A stretch of 64,000 nt of DNA. Origin: the human T2T-CHM13v2.0 reference genome, Homo sapiens. Below, in pieces: positions 29,819-46,199 of the stretch. Below the pieces are notes generated by a model that saw only the letters and a program-made list of their open reading frames with translations, did not search any database and was not told where the DNA came from. The stretch lies in assembly GCF_009914755.1 (NCBI RefSeq), contig NC_060938.1. One strand, written 5' to 3'. Position numbers and translations under genes: made by a program. Each line of letters opens with the position of its first letter. Position 1 is the first letter of the stretch.

Positions 29819-31254
29819 GGAAGCTGGTAAAGAAGGGGTTGCTTCTGGGTGTCCAGCACCCTAGCTTATTTAAAGGTATGCTGACGAAGCCCGCATGCCT
29901 CCAATCAGAGGATATTTTAAGGTGTATCATAGCTTTTGATTCTGTACTCCAGGGTGGCGTGACTCCTCAGAGCTTCCCTTGAACCATTCTGGAAATATCT
30001 CCACCGTCTCAGAATCACCCTGTCAATTGAGTGTGTTCTTTACTGTATATCTGAAGGGTTGAGCTGGTGCTGAACCACCACTCTACTTAGAACTGAGAGC
30101 CATCTCATATTGTGGGTCTGTTTATTCTTTTCACCCTACTCAGTCCTTCCTTTTTTAAAAAAAAATACAAAGTGAAAAATAAATAAATTATAAATAATCT
30201 TTTTCTAGAAGTTCATGCCATTCACCAAGTGATTGAATGCTCTGTTTGGGGAGGTGGGAGGCACTGCGCTGAGTGCTGGGGAGAACAAGATAGTGTCTGT
30301 TCCCATCAAGCTTACTGTGCACAGACTGAGAAAAATACAGAGCAACAAGACATCAGGATGTTTATACCCACGTGGTCTAGGGTACCTAAGTTCGGGCTTC
30401 CCTGTCCTCAGCGCTGTGGAGTCTTATCCCATCACTCCCAGAATTGTGCAACACAGCAATGAGGGGAGGACAGTTAGAGCTGCAGCAGGGGGTGTGTGGT
30501 GTCACTCTAGGGGATGCCATTCACAAATGGTGCTCTATAAAGCTTGTGCCTGTACCACCCAGCACTGCAGCTCCATGCTTACCGTCCTGTCCCCTTCTAG
30601 GCCTCATAGTGCCACCTCACCCAGAGCTGTTTCTGCCAAGGCTCGCACCTCAGGCACCCAAGACCCTTTCTTAGTTCTCATTGTCATCACCTATAGACAC
30701 ACACTACTCCAGCAGTTCTCACTTCGGACTCAAGTGTCATGACTCACAACCAATTACCAACAGTGTCATTTCTCATTTATCACTCCTAATAAAGTGCCAA
30801 AATTTACAAATGACCATTTTCCTAGGTTAGCATGGTTATCCCTTTAGCATCTCTCCTCCCACTCATCTATATCCTGATATGTGTGATCGTCTAATCTCAT
30901 AATCCATGAGATGCATTCCTGAGGAGTACAGGAAGAGACATTGCTCTCTGCTGCTGCCAGGATCACAAGGCTGATCCTGTCACCCTCCTGGGCAAGTTTT
31001 GGGAACTTGCCCTTCCCTCCAGAGCAAATGCTGCACATCCCAGCACAGACTGCCCTCGGCTCTGCTCCATCTCTTCCCTACCTGCCCTGCCAGCCCCATC
31101 TTCTACTACTCCCCTTCCTATCTTGCGTATTAACCACATGAGGCTACTGGTTTCGTGTGTGTGTGTACATATCTACCAAAAGTGGGAGATGAAGGGCAAA
31201 ACACACACTTGGAAACTGGCTCCTATGAGAAAGGAGCCAGAAGCCCCCCCACAC

Positions 31255-31311
31255 CCCCCACACACACTCACACATATATGCTTGAGGACACACACACACA
31301 TGTCCTTAGAG

Positions 31312-31347
<36 letters not shown>

Positions 31348-31378
31348 GATACACATGATATATATACACACGTATATG
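31255..31378. repeat. Compound (CA)n/(TA)n microsatellite region
   Basis: (TA)n(CA)n core at ~31312-31347. Confidence 0.9.
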
Positions 31379-31494
31379 TGCTCAGAGGACATTAAAACCC
31401 TAAATTAGTTACCTTAGATTATTTGCATGTAAAAATCCTGATGGCTTGTTACTATAGGAACTCAGAGTTCTACCAGAAATCTCCTCAGATTTTA

Positions 31495-31660
31495 GGTAGC
31501 ATGGCAGTTAAGGATAGAAGTTCTTTAGCTAAAGGATGTAGGTTCAAATCCCAGCTCCACCTCTCACTAGCTATGTGCTCAGCATCCCCTCTGTAAAGTG
31601 GGGATAACAGGACGTACCTCAACACCTAACAGCAACTGGCCCATATCAAGTATACCTATA
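31495..31660 (+). mobile_element. MIR
   Basis: GGTTCAAATCCCAGCTCCAC..CTGTAAAGTGGGGATAACAG. Confidence 0.75.
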
Positions 31661-32769
31661 TAATACACATATATTTATATTTAAACTTTCTATGTCTGTG
31701 CCTCTATTATTACTATCCTTTCTGCTTAGCATCCCTTGCCCCAGTGACATGTGCCAAATTCTAGTCAATTCCCCCAACAAGAATTTTTCCTCCCCTATCT
31801 GTGCTTCTGTGATATTCTGAGTGTAAATAATTTAACACAATTGTCACCATCATGACTATATCCATTTGTACATTACGTCTTTGTTATTAGATAGCATGGA
31901 CTGTAAGGAATATAAATATCTGTTTCCTCCAAGCACTGAGCATAGGCACTTACACGTGGCAGGTCTTTAATCAAGGTTCAGTTTAGATGAGACACCAAAG
32001 CTGTCAATGAGTCAGAAAACACAAGTTCAGGCATCACCTGGATCTTTTTGACTCAAACGCCTTTTGTTTGCTTTCCTTGTCTTTCCCTGTGTCCAGGTCT
32101 TTCTCACAGGAGCCAGCTTTCAAGTGTATGTTTTACCCTCTATCCTTCCCATTTTGGGAGATGGAAGAGGAAAGGGCATAAGACTCCCACTATGGTTTTT
32201 TAGTCCTTTTTTTTCTGGGCTTTAATCTTGTTTAGGATGCTGTCTGTGCTAGAATGTGTTGAACATAACTTTCCAGCACTGATGCTGATACATCAATTTA
32301 AGCTTTACATTGGAACTGAGAGCCATCTCATGCTATGGGTCTATTTATTCTTTTCATGAACTTCCTATGTCAGCCCAGCACATGGCCATTAGTAATATTT
32401 TTTATTTCTGGCATGACATAATTTACCCTACCACCTCACAGTAAACGTTGCTAGAAAGACTGTCACAATACCATGCATGCATCATTTCCCCCAAAATCTA
32501 GGATCCTGTGCCGGCCCTTGCTTTTCTCCACTGTGCCACAAATTGCATCGCACGTGAGATTCTGTGCAGCTGTAGAAAGTTTATACTATGAGGTGAGGCA
32601 GATGGTTATTTTCTACACAGACTGCAGCCCCAACTCAGAAATCAGGCCCTGACTATGGTTTACTTAGCACAGTAATACTGGTGGATGACTCATTATTCTG
32701 GGGTTTCTAAACATTTGAGGTTCCTAAGCATTCTAAAATAATTAGATAAAGAAACCTCGGATTGGGAAG

Positions 32770-33005
32770 GTGCCTAAAGAGAAAGATTTTAGTTCTGTGT
32801 TTGTCACTAGTTTACCACTGATATTATAGTGGTATAAAGTTGGTAAGTTACTGTGTCACTTTGAGGAAGTTATTTAACCTCTCTGAGTCTCATTTATTGT
32901 GCCTATTCACAGAATAATTTTGAGAATCAAACGAGAATGTGCATAAAACATGTCAACAGTGTGCCTGACACATAGTCAACACCCAATAAGTAGCTATGAT
33001 GATTA
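32770..33005 (+). mobile_element. MIR
   Basis: GAAGTTATTTAACCTCTCTGAGTCTCA..GTGCCTGACACATAG. Confidence 0.7.
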
Positions 33006-34464
33006 TGACTATGGAAACTCAGTCAATTGCTTTTCTCCCTGGTGATTTCATTTTTATTCTTCCAAATAGAGAGCATAGTTATGATTTAGTGTCATCTGAT
33101 ATGAGTGTTTGGTAACTTAACATCCATTAAATATGCTCAGAGTCTCAGATGAAAGACTCTATAAACAGAACATTGATACTATTTTTCAGAGAAGCAGTTA
33201 GCTATGATATAATATGAAATATTTTTCATAATACTTTATTAATAAAACTGATGCCAAATATGTAAGCTTTCTAAATGTTCCAATCCATTATTTTAAGTGC
33301 TTCCTTATCAAATGGAAATATCTGTGTTGAAACAACTTTTATTCAGTGCTTGTCACAGTGACAGTGGTTTTTGTCAGGTCTACAATAAATTTCTTTCCAG
33401 GTCTGCATATATTTGAGATGTTCAACAATTAATTAGAGAATGAAGAAGTTCCTTTAGTGAAAATGAAACAGCAGACATAAAAGAGGAGCTATTAATCTGT
33501 CAGGTTCCAAGGGACTTTCTGACCACTCTTTGTTTTTAAATATAACAGCACATCATGGATTTCCAATTCAAACACCAATTCCTAAACTGAGATCCAGTTT
33601 AAAACCAGATATGGCTCTCGTTGCCAAGGTTCTTTGGAGAAATGCTGAAAATCATGACTCAGTAGGCAATGCTCTACAGATATATGGATGTCACCTGTCT
33701 AAATCACTCCAGCCCCAAATGCAAAGAAGGAAGGCCAACAAATCCTAAAACGGTATCTAGCACAAAATGGAAAATATATATTTCTAGTGAAGGAATAGAC
33801 TCACTACACCCCTTGTTCCCACATTTGAACAATTTAGGATTATAGATTTAGAAATAGAACCTTCGAGTAGGAAGAAGTCAGCAAGACCCAGAGAGAAAGA
33901 AGAGGAGATAAAGAGAGGGTCCCACAGTCACCCTTAGGAAAGAAAGAAAATAAGGTTGGCTGGGCTCTCAGATATCATTGTCTAGGGAAGCCAAGACACT
34001 ATCCCTAGTGGATCTTAAATCAGAAGAATTCAGAAAGATTCCTTCAGTTTTCTACTTTCTCAGGCGTGGGACTATTCCCCTGTTTAATTACCAAGGAAAC
34101 TCAAAATGAGGAAGAAAGGTATGCCTGGTTTCCAGGACAGCAAAGACTGGAGGCTGCTCATTCTCTAGTTGGTCACATGTGAAAAGGAATCCCAAGGGAC
34201 AGAGGAGGTGGTGACAGTCATTAAAGAAAGGAAAGCAGGCTGAGTCCCTGGAGTCTGCAGCAAGGGAAAAAAGAACACATGCAGATAGCTTAGATCAGGG
34301 AAGTGGCCCTGAGGTCTCAGCAGTCAGAGTTTTTAAGTTCCTACAATGAACTAGTTCCTACATCTGTGCCACCCAGAGACCTGAAAGGGAGCAGTCAGAA
34401 TTAAATAGGAATAGAAATTAAATAGAAAGCAGCCAGTAACTGTACCAGTAACTGGTACACAGAG

Positions 34465-34620
34465 GAATAGTTACTATTAGCATTCCCACTTTATAGATGA
34501 GGAAACCAAGGCATAGAGGGTAAAGTATCTTGTCCAAGGTCACATAGATGGTAAATAACAGAGTTAGGATTTAATCCTAGATGATGTGGTCCCAGAGCCC
34601 ATGTTTTTAATTACTACCTT
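34465..34620 (-). mobile_element. MIR
   Basis: CCCACTTTATAGATGAGGAAACCAAGGCATAGAG..TCCAAGGTCACA. Confidence 0.8.
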
Positions 34621-35396
34621 AATTCTTCCTCTGTAAAGGATATATAGCTGAGGGTTGTACTTCAGCTTTCACCATCATTATTTACATAATTTTTAAAAAT
34701 GACGTGAGGACAAATCACAGTTAGTGTCTTAGCTTAATAAACTTTACCTCCTCAAAATAACAGTAAAATGTTTTGGCAATATAATCATTTTTAAAGATTA
34801 CTTTTATGACAGAGCAGATCTGGTGTAAAAATTAAAAGGTAGCTACAAGAAGCCTGCCAAAGAAGCACGAAGTTATGAGCTAGTTAGTTGGAAGCACAGT
34901 TTTGCAAATTAGTACCCACCAATTCAATCCCAAATCAACAAGAGACAGGTCCACAAGAAATGTGAGGAGCTGTGGGTCTCTGTTCAGTTATACTAACATG
35001 CAAATGCTTGGAAGATATGTGTTGGTTTGACTTGCATATCTATTTGTGAGTGGTTACCAAATATGCTTGAGCATCCTAGAAAAATGAGACTCCACGAGAG
35101 GAAACAGGCATGGTTTAAAAATAGCAGATGAAATGTGATTTGCAAAGTGTTTTTGGCTGGTGAACATTTGCAGAAATGCATGTTTATGCACATAGAACTG
35201 ACCCACAATATTGCAGAGTATACAAATAAAACAACAAAACATAGTATCTGGAATAGATTCAACAGTATCACAATTAGCAAAAAAGCTTTGGCTCTTGACA
35301 GGCTTCTGCTGGATCTACACTTAGAGTTCACAGCTGTTCTGACATCTGCTTCCATCATGCTTCCTCAAATAATCCATCAGCAGCTACGTGGTATAC

Positions 35397-35916
35397 TGTG
35401 ATCACTAGCCACCAAGATGGCCCCCATAATCTCTGTGTCCTGGTGTTCATGCCCTTGTGTGGTCACATGGGGACCACACAAGGGCATGAACACCAGGACA
35501 CAGAGGAGGAGACCACGTGAGATGGTCTGCATGATCAATAAAATACAGCAGAAATGATGGCATGGCACTTTTGAGATTAGCTTATAAAAGACACTGTCTT
35601 TGTTGCTCAAGCTCTTTATCAGAGCACTGCTCTGGGGGAAGCCAGCTGTCATATTGTGAGCATTCTGAGAAAAGGCCCACACGGCAAGAAACTGAAGCCT
35701 CTCACCAACATGAGTGGGTCTGAAAGCAGATCCTCCAGTCTAGTCAAGCCTTCAAACATTTTGACTGCAACCTCATAAGAGACCTGGGGCGAGAAACCCT
35801 CAGTGAAGCTTACTCCCAAATTCCTGACTCTCAGAAACTGTAAAATCGTAAATATTTGTTGTTGTAAGCTACATATTTTGGGATCATTTGTTAAGCAGTA
35901 GTAGAAAACTAATGCA
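35397..35916 (+). mobile_element. MaLR LTR, MLT1F-like
   Basis: AAGATGGCCCCCA..GCTCTGGGGGAAGCCAGCTGTCAT..TTGACTGCAACCTCATAAGAGAC..AACTAATGCA. Confidence 0.88.
35431..35505. repeat. Perfect hairpin: 34-bp arms, 7-nt loop
   Basis: CTCTGTGTCCTGGTGTTCATGCCCTTGTGTGGTC (35431-35464) and its exact reverse complement (35472-35505). Confidence 0.97.
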
Positions 35917-36658
35917 TTCACTTGGCTGATGACACTTGCCTGTTTGGATTGTTCCATTTCTTCGGCACTGTAGGTGAACTTAGACAATAGTTTCACACAA
36001 AATTAAATTAGGCAGACCAATCCTGTGACCATGCGAATCGAGTTACGAATATTGGAGTAACCCTTTCAGGCCTTTCTTTTTACAGACTCAAATTTACAGA
36101 GTCAAATGACTTATCCATGGTAACGCAATCAGTGTCATAATCCTTGCCCTTTCAGTCACCTCCAAATCAATCAAGAGTTGTGGGGCACACAACTAATCAT
36201 TGGTATTACAGCCCGGGGACAGCATTGAACAGGAACCCAGAGGAGCCCTTTTATTGCTAAGGGTCTCATTACTGTTTGTGAGGCACTGCTCCTGTGTCTT
36301 CCTCATGCCTGATGGATCATGCTCTCAAGCTTTAGAGTTCTCAGCACATATTTATCTGAATATTTTTCCAGCTCAACCTAGAGAAGTCAACATTATTGAC
36401 TTTAGGTTCTACTTCCATCTTTTATAAACCTTCTAATTTGGTCTTGGCAATGCAATGATTGCAAGCCAATAAGTACCTGTAGCAGTAATAAATCAGTAAG
36501 AAGCAATCCAACCCTACTGATAATAGAGATAAGTTTCCTAAAGGACTTGAGTCATAATATCAAGCTTGTAGCTACTGTGAGTGAAGAAATATGAAGGCTA
36601 CAGATCCAGAGACGAATGTGCTCTTCATGATGGGGTCATAAGGGTCCCAAATTCTAGA

Positions 36659-36830
36659 GCTATGATTCTCAAACTTCAGCAAGCATCAGAATCCCCAGAG
36701 GGTTTGTTAGAACAATTTGCTTGGCCCCACTTCCAAAGTTTTTGATTCAGGATATCTGAAGTGGGCTCTAATAATATGCACTTCTAACAAGTTCCCACGT
36801 AATAATGACCACACACTGCGAACCACTCCT
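36659..36830. mobile_element. MER5A-like (hAT-Charlie)
   Basis: TTCTCAAACTTCAGCAAGCATCAGAATCCCC..TTCTAACAAGTTCCCA..GACCACACACTGCGAACCACT. Confidence 0.85.
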
Positions 36831-37245
36831 CTGAGGTTTAGATTTAAGGTCACAAGCTCAAGGGTGTCCAACAGCCAGACCATAACATAAAGAACTGAGT
36901 GTAGCATTAGGGAATGGTGAGACCTGTGGTGATCTGCAAAATGTGTCCATGATTTAAAACCCATTCAAAACAAAAACACTATTTTAAACATAGTGAAGTA
37001 AGGCAGATGTCAGAGACTGTGTTTCCAGATTTTGCTGCCACCATTCACTCTAACAACTCCAAATGCATTCTTTGAAAACATGTAGAAATCTCGTGATCAG
37101 AGTTCTATAACTTGGATTCAACCTCTTTTCCCTCTCATTCCTTTTTTAGAGAAGTTATACATTACTAATTATTATGGAATGTATTTCCTAGTGCCCATTG
37201 GAAACAAGCTGAAATTGCCACCTGGAAAATGCTGTGATTAGAGCA

Positions 37246-37667
37246 TGCCGTGATTTGAATATAGTTGGTCCCAGCAAAACTTATATTGAGGTTTGGTCAC
37301 AGTATGGCAATATTGAGAGTTGGACATTTAAGAAATGGGGTCTTTAAGAGGTGAGTAGGTCTTTAAGATGAATTCATGCCTTTCTCGAGAGACTGAGTTC
37401 ATTCTCATGGGACCAGGTTAGTTCTTGTTAGAGCAGGTTGTTATAAGCCTAGCCCCTCATGCTTGCCCTTTTTACATGCCAACTTCCCTTTGGCTTCTTT
37501 GTCATGTTATGATGCAACACAAGGCTGTCACTAGAAGTGGATCAGAGACAGCTGCCAGATCTTTAACTTCCCAGCCTCCAGAACCATGAGCCAAAATAAA
37601 CCTCTACCATTTATAAATTATCCAGTCTCAGATATTCTGTTATAGCAATAGAAAATGGACTAAAACA
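37246..37667 (+). mobile_element. MaLR LTR, MST family
   Basis: CTTCCCAGCCTCCAGAACCATGAGCCAAAATAAACC..TTCTGTTATAGCAATAGAAAATGGACTAAAACA. Confidence 0.85.
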
Positions 37668-37689
37668 TAGCCTCTACTAAGAGTTTGCA

Positions 37690-38134
37690 AGGTGTGCTGG
37701 ATATTCCCCATTTTCCCCTTTACACTCATTCTCCATCCTTTTCCACCTGTTATTCCACTAAAGGCTGATCTCTGAACACCGAATGAACTGTACTTATTTG
37801 CTGGTTGGGATTGGCCATTGTAGGGCACTGAAAGGAGACTGGAGGCAAAAGAGAGGTCACTCCCCTGGACTATGGTTGACAGTGGTTGTGTTCTACTAAA
37901 GCCACAACTCCCAATGGGTGTTCCTCTACTGGGAATGATCACTGCTTTTTCCTGTAAATCACTTTTTCCCTGATTGCTTCATGTCTAAGAGTGGGAATTA
38001 CTCCCTGCTTCACCATTTCTTGTTGGTTTGCCTTAGCCCTGACCAAATCTTTATAACTGGTACCTTCATTACACTCCATTCAATTGCCCCTTTGAGTGTG
38101 TCATGTATTCCCTACCAGGACTCTACCTGATTCA
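37690..38134 (+). mobile_element. ERVL LTR, LTR33-like
   Basis: 3' end CCCCTTTGAGTGTGTCATGTATTCCCTACCAGGACTCTACCTGATTCA. Confidence 0.6.
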
Positions 38135-39238
38135 GTTTTACCGTATAGATGTAGAATATATCTTGTTAGTAACGAAGTTACATAACTCAATTTAGCTGCA
38201 TCAAAAACATATAGTAGAACAGTGGTCATTTGTTATTTGCTAAAACTAAATTCTAACTGTTGTCTAATTACAGAATTAACATATTTTCCAAGTGCCAATC
38301 AGCATTTCAATTCTAGAGCCCAAGTTCAGATTGTTCAGGAGAGGGCCAGACAAGCACAGCACTGACCTTACCTAGAATTATCCTACTGCCAAAGCCTCAT
38401 AATTGTTTGGTATTGTTACCAAGGGACTCTCTGCTCAGCAGCCTCTGGAAGCACCAGTGGGAGCCACCAAACAAGAGATTTGTCTTTATAGCACAGAGAC
38501 CACAGAGCCAGCATGAAGTTGCACACATCTGATACCTCGACACAATTGCTCATATTTCTCCAGTTAGTCGGTAACACGTTTTGGACAAGCATCAACCCTT
38601 TAGTTCCATGGAGTTCTAGCAATGGAAAGAGCCACAGGTAACTAAAATCAGAACTTCACAATCCCCACAAATTGGTCTGCTGGTGAAATCAGGCTGCTGG
38701 GCCCTTGTTAGGAGTGACAGGTCAGTATCACTTTTTAGTCCATGCCAAGAAAATACAAACCATCCTGGGCCACCAGGCAAAGCCATAAGAAAGAGATTGT
38801 AAATTGGCAGTTCACAGGTGCTACACAATCTGCAGGCATGTTTCAGTTAGCCCAAATCCTGTTTTTATTTTTTTGAATTGGTGGCCAACATTCAACATTT
38901 GGGAAATTTCAAATAAAAAGTTGGATGTTCAGTTTTCATTGAAAAAAAAAATTCCTCATAGCAGTAGGGCACTGTACATAGAGGAGAATATTAATAAACT
39001 CTAATGGAAATATTAATATCTTTAAACTAATAGGACAATGAGGACAATTCAGTGTTGCCTACCACCTACAGGGACATTTACTAACCTGCTGATGGCCATG
39101 CAGTTACCAGAGACAGATGTGCAGAGAACACACATCTAGGTCAGTCTGATGTTCAGCAACTACATTACTTGTCACTTCAAAATTGCTCAAGAATGACTGT
39201 GCCCAAACTATTATCTTCTCTTTTACCATGGAAGACAC

Positions 39239-39291
39239 TCATTTAACAGGTAGCATTGTTATTTGTTACCATAATGCTACCTGTTAAATGA
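39239..39291. repeat. Perfect hairpin: 19-bp arms, 15-nt loop
   Basis: TCATTTAACAGGTAGCATT (39239-39257) / AATGCTACCTGTTAAATGA (39273-39291). Confidence 0.95.
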
Positions 39292-39339
39292 ATGGGACAC
39301 TGGGACACTGAGGGTAGAACACTGGGCAGTCCAGTTCTA

Positions 39340-39649
39340 TTTATTTATTTATTTAATTTTATTTTTGAGACAGAGTCTCGCTCCGTCATCCAGGCTGAAG
39401 TACATTGGCACGATCTCGGCTCACTGCAACCTCCGCCTTCCACGTTCAAGTGATTTTCCTGCCTCACCCTCCCAAGTAGCTAGGACTACAGGCACACACC
39501 ACAATGCCCGGCTAATTTTTTGGCATTTTTAGTAGAGAAGGAGTCTCACCATGTTGGCTAAGCTGGTCTCGAACTCCTGACCTTAGGTAATCCACTTGCC
39601 TCGGCCTCCCAAAGTGCTGGGATTACAGGCGTAAGCCACTGTGTCCGGC
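39340..39649 (-). mobile_element. AluS (Sx-like), full length
   Basis: Dimeric Alu with (TTTA)n tail; TSD CAGTCCAGTTCTA on both sides. Confidence 0.96.
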
Positions 39650-40257
39650 AGTCCAGTTCTAAACTGCGGATTACACAGGACGCAATGAACATCATGCTTC
39701 CGTCCATGAGTGGCAATAAATGTATCAACTACTGGGAGTTGCTTCCATGAAAATCAGGCTTTCTGTCCTCCAGGCCTGTCCCAATGATCTGAAAATACAA
39801 ATCTACTAAGCCACAGTGAAAGATAAACCCTTAGGTTTGAAAACAGAGCCTAACCAAGCAATGAGAGTAAAAAGTGACTTTGGCTTCTTGAGCTTTCCAA
39901 GAAGGCAGGTGGGCAGGAGCCATGTGCTCCCCATTTCTGGGTGGGCTGTTTTAACAACATGCTTCCACTTCAGAGTGGGGCTGAACCATTCTAGGGACCC
40001 TCTTCCATCTTCTCCTTTCCTTCCCTTTGTCATCCACTCCTCATATTTTCAAACATCAACCGCCCTCCCGCCCACCACCACCCCGCACACACACACCTTA
40101 AAGACTGGGAACAAGCTGAGGTTTATAGAGAAATAGACACCTGTCAGAGTGAAAAATATTATATTTCTTAACTCAGGTGTTCAGACAGCTTACCCAGACT
40201 CCGCCCATCCTCCCTGAGGCCTGGGTGACATGCACCACAACCCCAAATTTTAAATAA

Positions 40258-40490
40258 CAATAATAATAGCTATTACTTATTGTGCTAGGCATCTCATTAT
40301 GGGCCAGATATTTGTATTTCACTTTAAACATCTTCCTTTACTACTCTTCACAATCCTATGAGGCAAGCACGAGTACTGTCTCAATTTTAAGGATGAGGCA
40401 ACTAAAGTTCAGGGATGATAAATAACTTGTTCAAGGTCACCCAGACAGGAAGTGGCAGAGGCAGTATTCAAGATTGATTTCGCTAATCAC
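40258..40490 (-). mobile_element. MIR
   Basis: CACAATCCTATGAGG..GGATGAGGCAACTAAAG..AACTTGTTCAAGGTCAC. Confidence 0.8.
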
Positions 40491-40538
40491 AGAACTGAAG
40501 TGACTGAATATACTAAATGTATTTCTTCAAAGATTGTC

Positions 40539-41072
40539 TACCCTTCAACCCAGCAATCCCATTACTGGGTATATACCCAAAGGAATATAAATCATTCTAT
40601 CATAAAGACACATGCAGATATATGTTCATTGCAGCACATTCACAATAGCAAAGACCTGGAATCGATCTAAATGTCCACCAATGATAGACTGGCTAAAGAA
40701 CATGTGGGACATATACATCATGGAATACTGTGCAGCCATAAACAAGAATGAGATCATGTCTTTTGCATGGACACGGATGGAGCTGGCGGCCATTCTCCTT
40801 AGCGAATTAGCACAGGAACAGAAAACCAACTACCACATGTTCTCACTTAGAAGTGGGAGCTAAATGATGACAACACATGGACACATAGAGGGGGAACAAC
40901 ACACATTTTGGTCTATTGGAAGGTGGGAGGAGGGAGAGGATCAGAAAAAATCACTAATAGGTACCAGGCTCAGTGATGATGAAATAATCTGTACAACAGA
41001 CCCCTGTGACACAAGTTGACCTATTTAACAAACCAGCAGCGTACCCCTGAACTGAAAATAAAAGTTAAAAAT
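40539..41072 (+). mobile_element. L1PA13-16-like 3' end
   Basis: ORF 40612..40863 is ORF2 C-terminus; TSD AAAG(A/C)TTGTC at 40529 and 41073. Confidence 0.9.
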
Positions 41073-41319
41073 AAAGCTTGTCATAGGAAAGTCCTTTGTT
41101 GTGTGTACAGACAGAAACTAAGGCACCAACAGGGTAAACAATTTCCTCAGCATCACAGAATCTGTACGCATGTGTGAATAGAGAGACCCAGAACTTGAAT
41201 TTAGGTATTCCTAAGGTTCCAAATAATCAAATACTATCCAGTTTTATTTTCCTCATTGAGCACAATTTCATGTAGACTTCACTGTAGGTACAACTATAAA
41301 TCAATGACCTTTAGGTTTC

Positions 41320-41612
41320 CAGGACCTAACAGCCTCCAGCCAGCAAAAAGCCAGGGCTTTCAGTCCTATAGCCACAAGGAAATGAGTCCTGCCAACAACC
41401 TGAATGAGTTGGGAAAAGAGTTCTTCCCCAGATGAGGTGAGGATACTGCTTAATTAACAGCTTCATTGCAGTCTTGGGAAACTCTGAACAGAGGACTCAG
41501 TTAAGCTATACCACAACTCCTGACCTGCAGAAACAGTGAGATAATAAATGTATGTTTTTTTAAGCCACTAGGTTTGTGATAATTTGTTACATGGCAATAG
41601 AAAACTGATACA
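41320..41612 (+). mobile_element. MaLR LTR 3' part (MLT1E-like)
   Basis: CAGTCCTATAGCCACAAGGAAATGAGTCCTGCCAACAACCTGAATGAG..GCAATAGAAAACTGATACA. Confidence 0.8.
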
Positions 41613-42262
41613 TAATAAAACAAGCATGATGGCCAAAAAAAAGGAACTTCTTTTTTTTTTTTTCAACTGACTGTAGTTACTCAGAAAAGCAAGAGGCAGG
41701 CAAGAAAGCTATCAGGGCAGTTTCAAAAGGCTTTATTTGATTTAGTAAGCATTGTGGGGACCTAGTAGGCATGTGAAAATTAGCTCAGTGGAGCCTGGGC
41801 TTGCTAGACAATACAATACCTACAACAGTCTTTGCCCCCAGGGAGACGGAGACTACAAACAAGAAACTACAAAGCAGAAAGTTCTAGAAAGGCCAAATGC
41901 ACGGAGTTCTCTGGGGCTACAATTTGAGCTATGAATTATTCTGTGGGAGGAAGCGTGGGCAAAGGCATCAGGTACATGTGACTTTTGAGTTAGGCCTTCC
42001 GGGAAGAGAAGGTACCTCCTAGGCAGACAGAGGAGAGAAGAGCAGATTAAAGAAAGCATTAAAATCACCACTACTATACTCACTCACAGATGCATATGCG
42101 CTCCTGTGTTTGTGTAAATACCTGCAAGCATGGGGGAGGGAGGGAAGGGGAGGGAGGGAAGGAGAAGGAGAGAGACATGTTCTGCTGGGTCACACTGCAT
42201 ATACTGCCAAACGTTTTTAAAGGGAGTGTCAAAATTGAGAGCACCTTACAAAATATTTTACT

Positions 42263-45664
<3,402 letters not shown>

Positions 45665-45812
45665 AACATTTTACTGTTACAGTGGTGAAGGAAACAGGCC
45701 TAGTTGTGCATTTCCTTGGTGAAGAACAAGCAGATCCAGGGATACCTATTCTATTAATTCATACTGAATGTTTTCTAATCCCAGAAAGACTAGGATGCCA
45801 CAGAAGCTATAG

Positions 45813-46132
<320 letters not shown>

Positions 46133-46199
46133 TGACCTTCTGAGGTTTGCCCTTAGGCACTGGAACTGCCTCACCCATGCACAGAATGAGAAGCGGTGG

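Noticed and set aside
30233-30742. 169-aa ORF
   Set aside because: Non-ATG start, begins in L2-like sequence, no recognisable domain.
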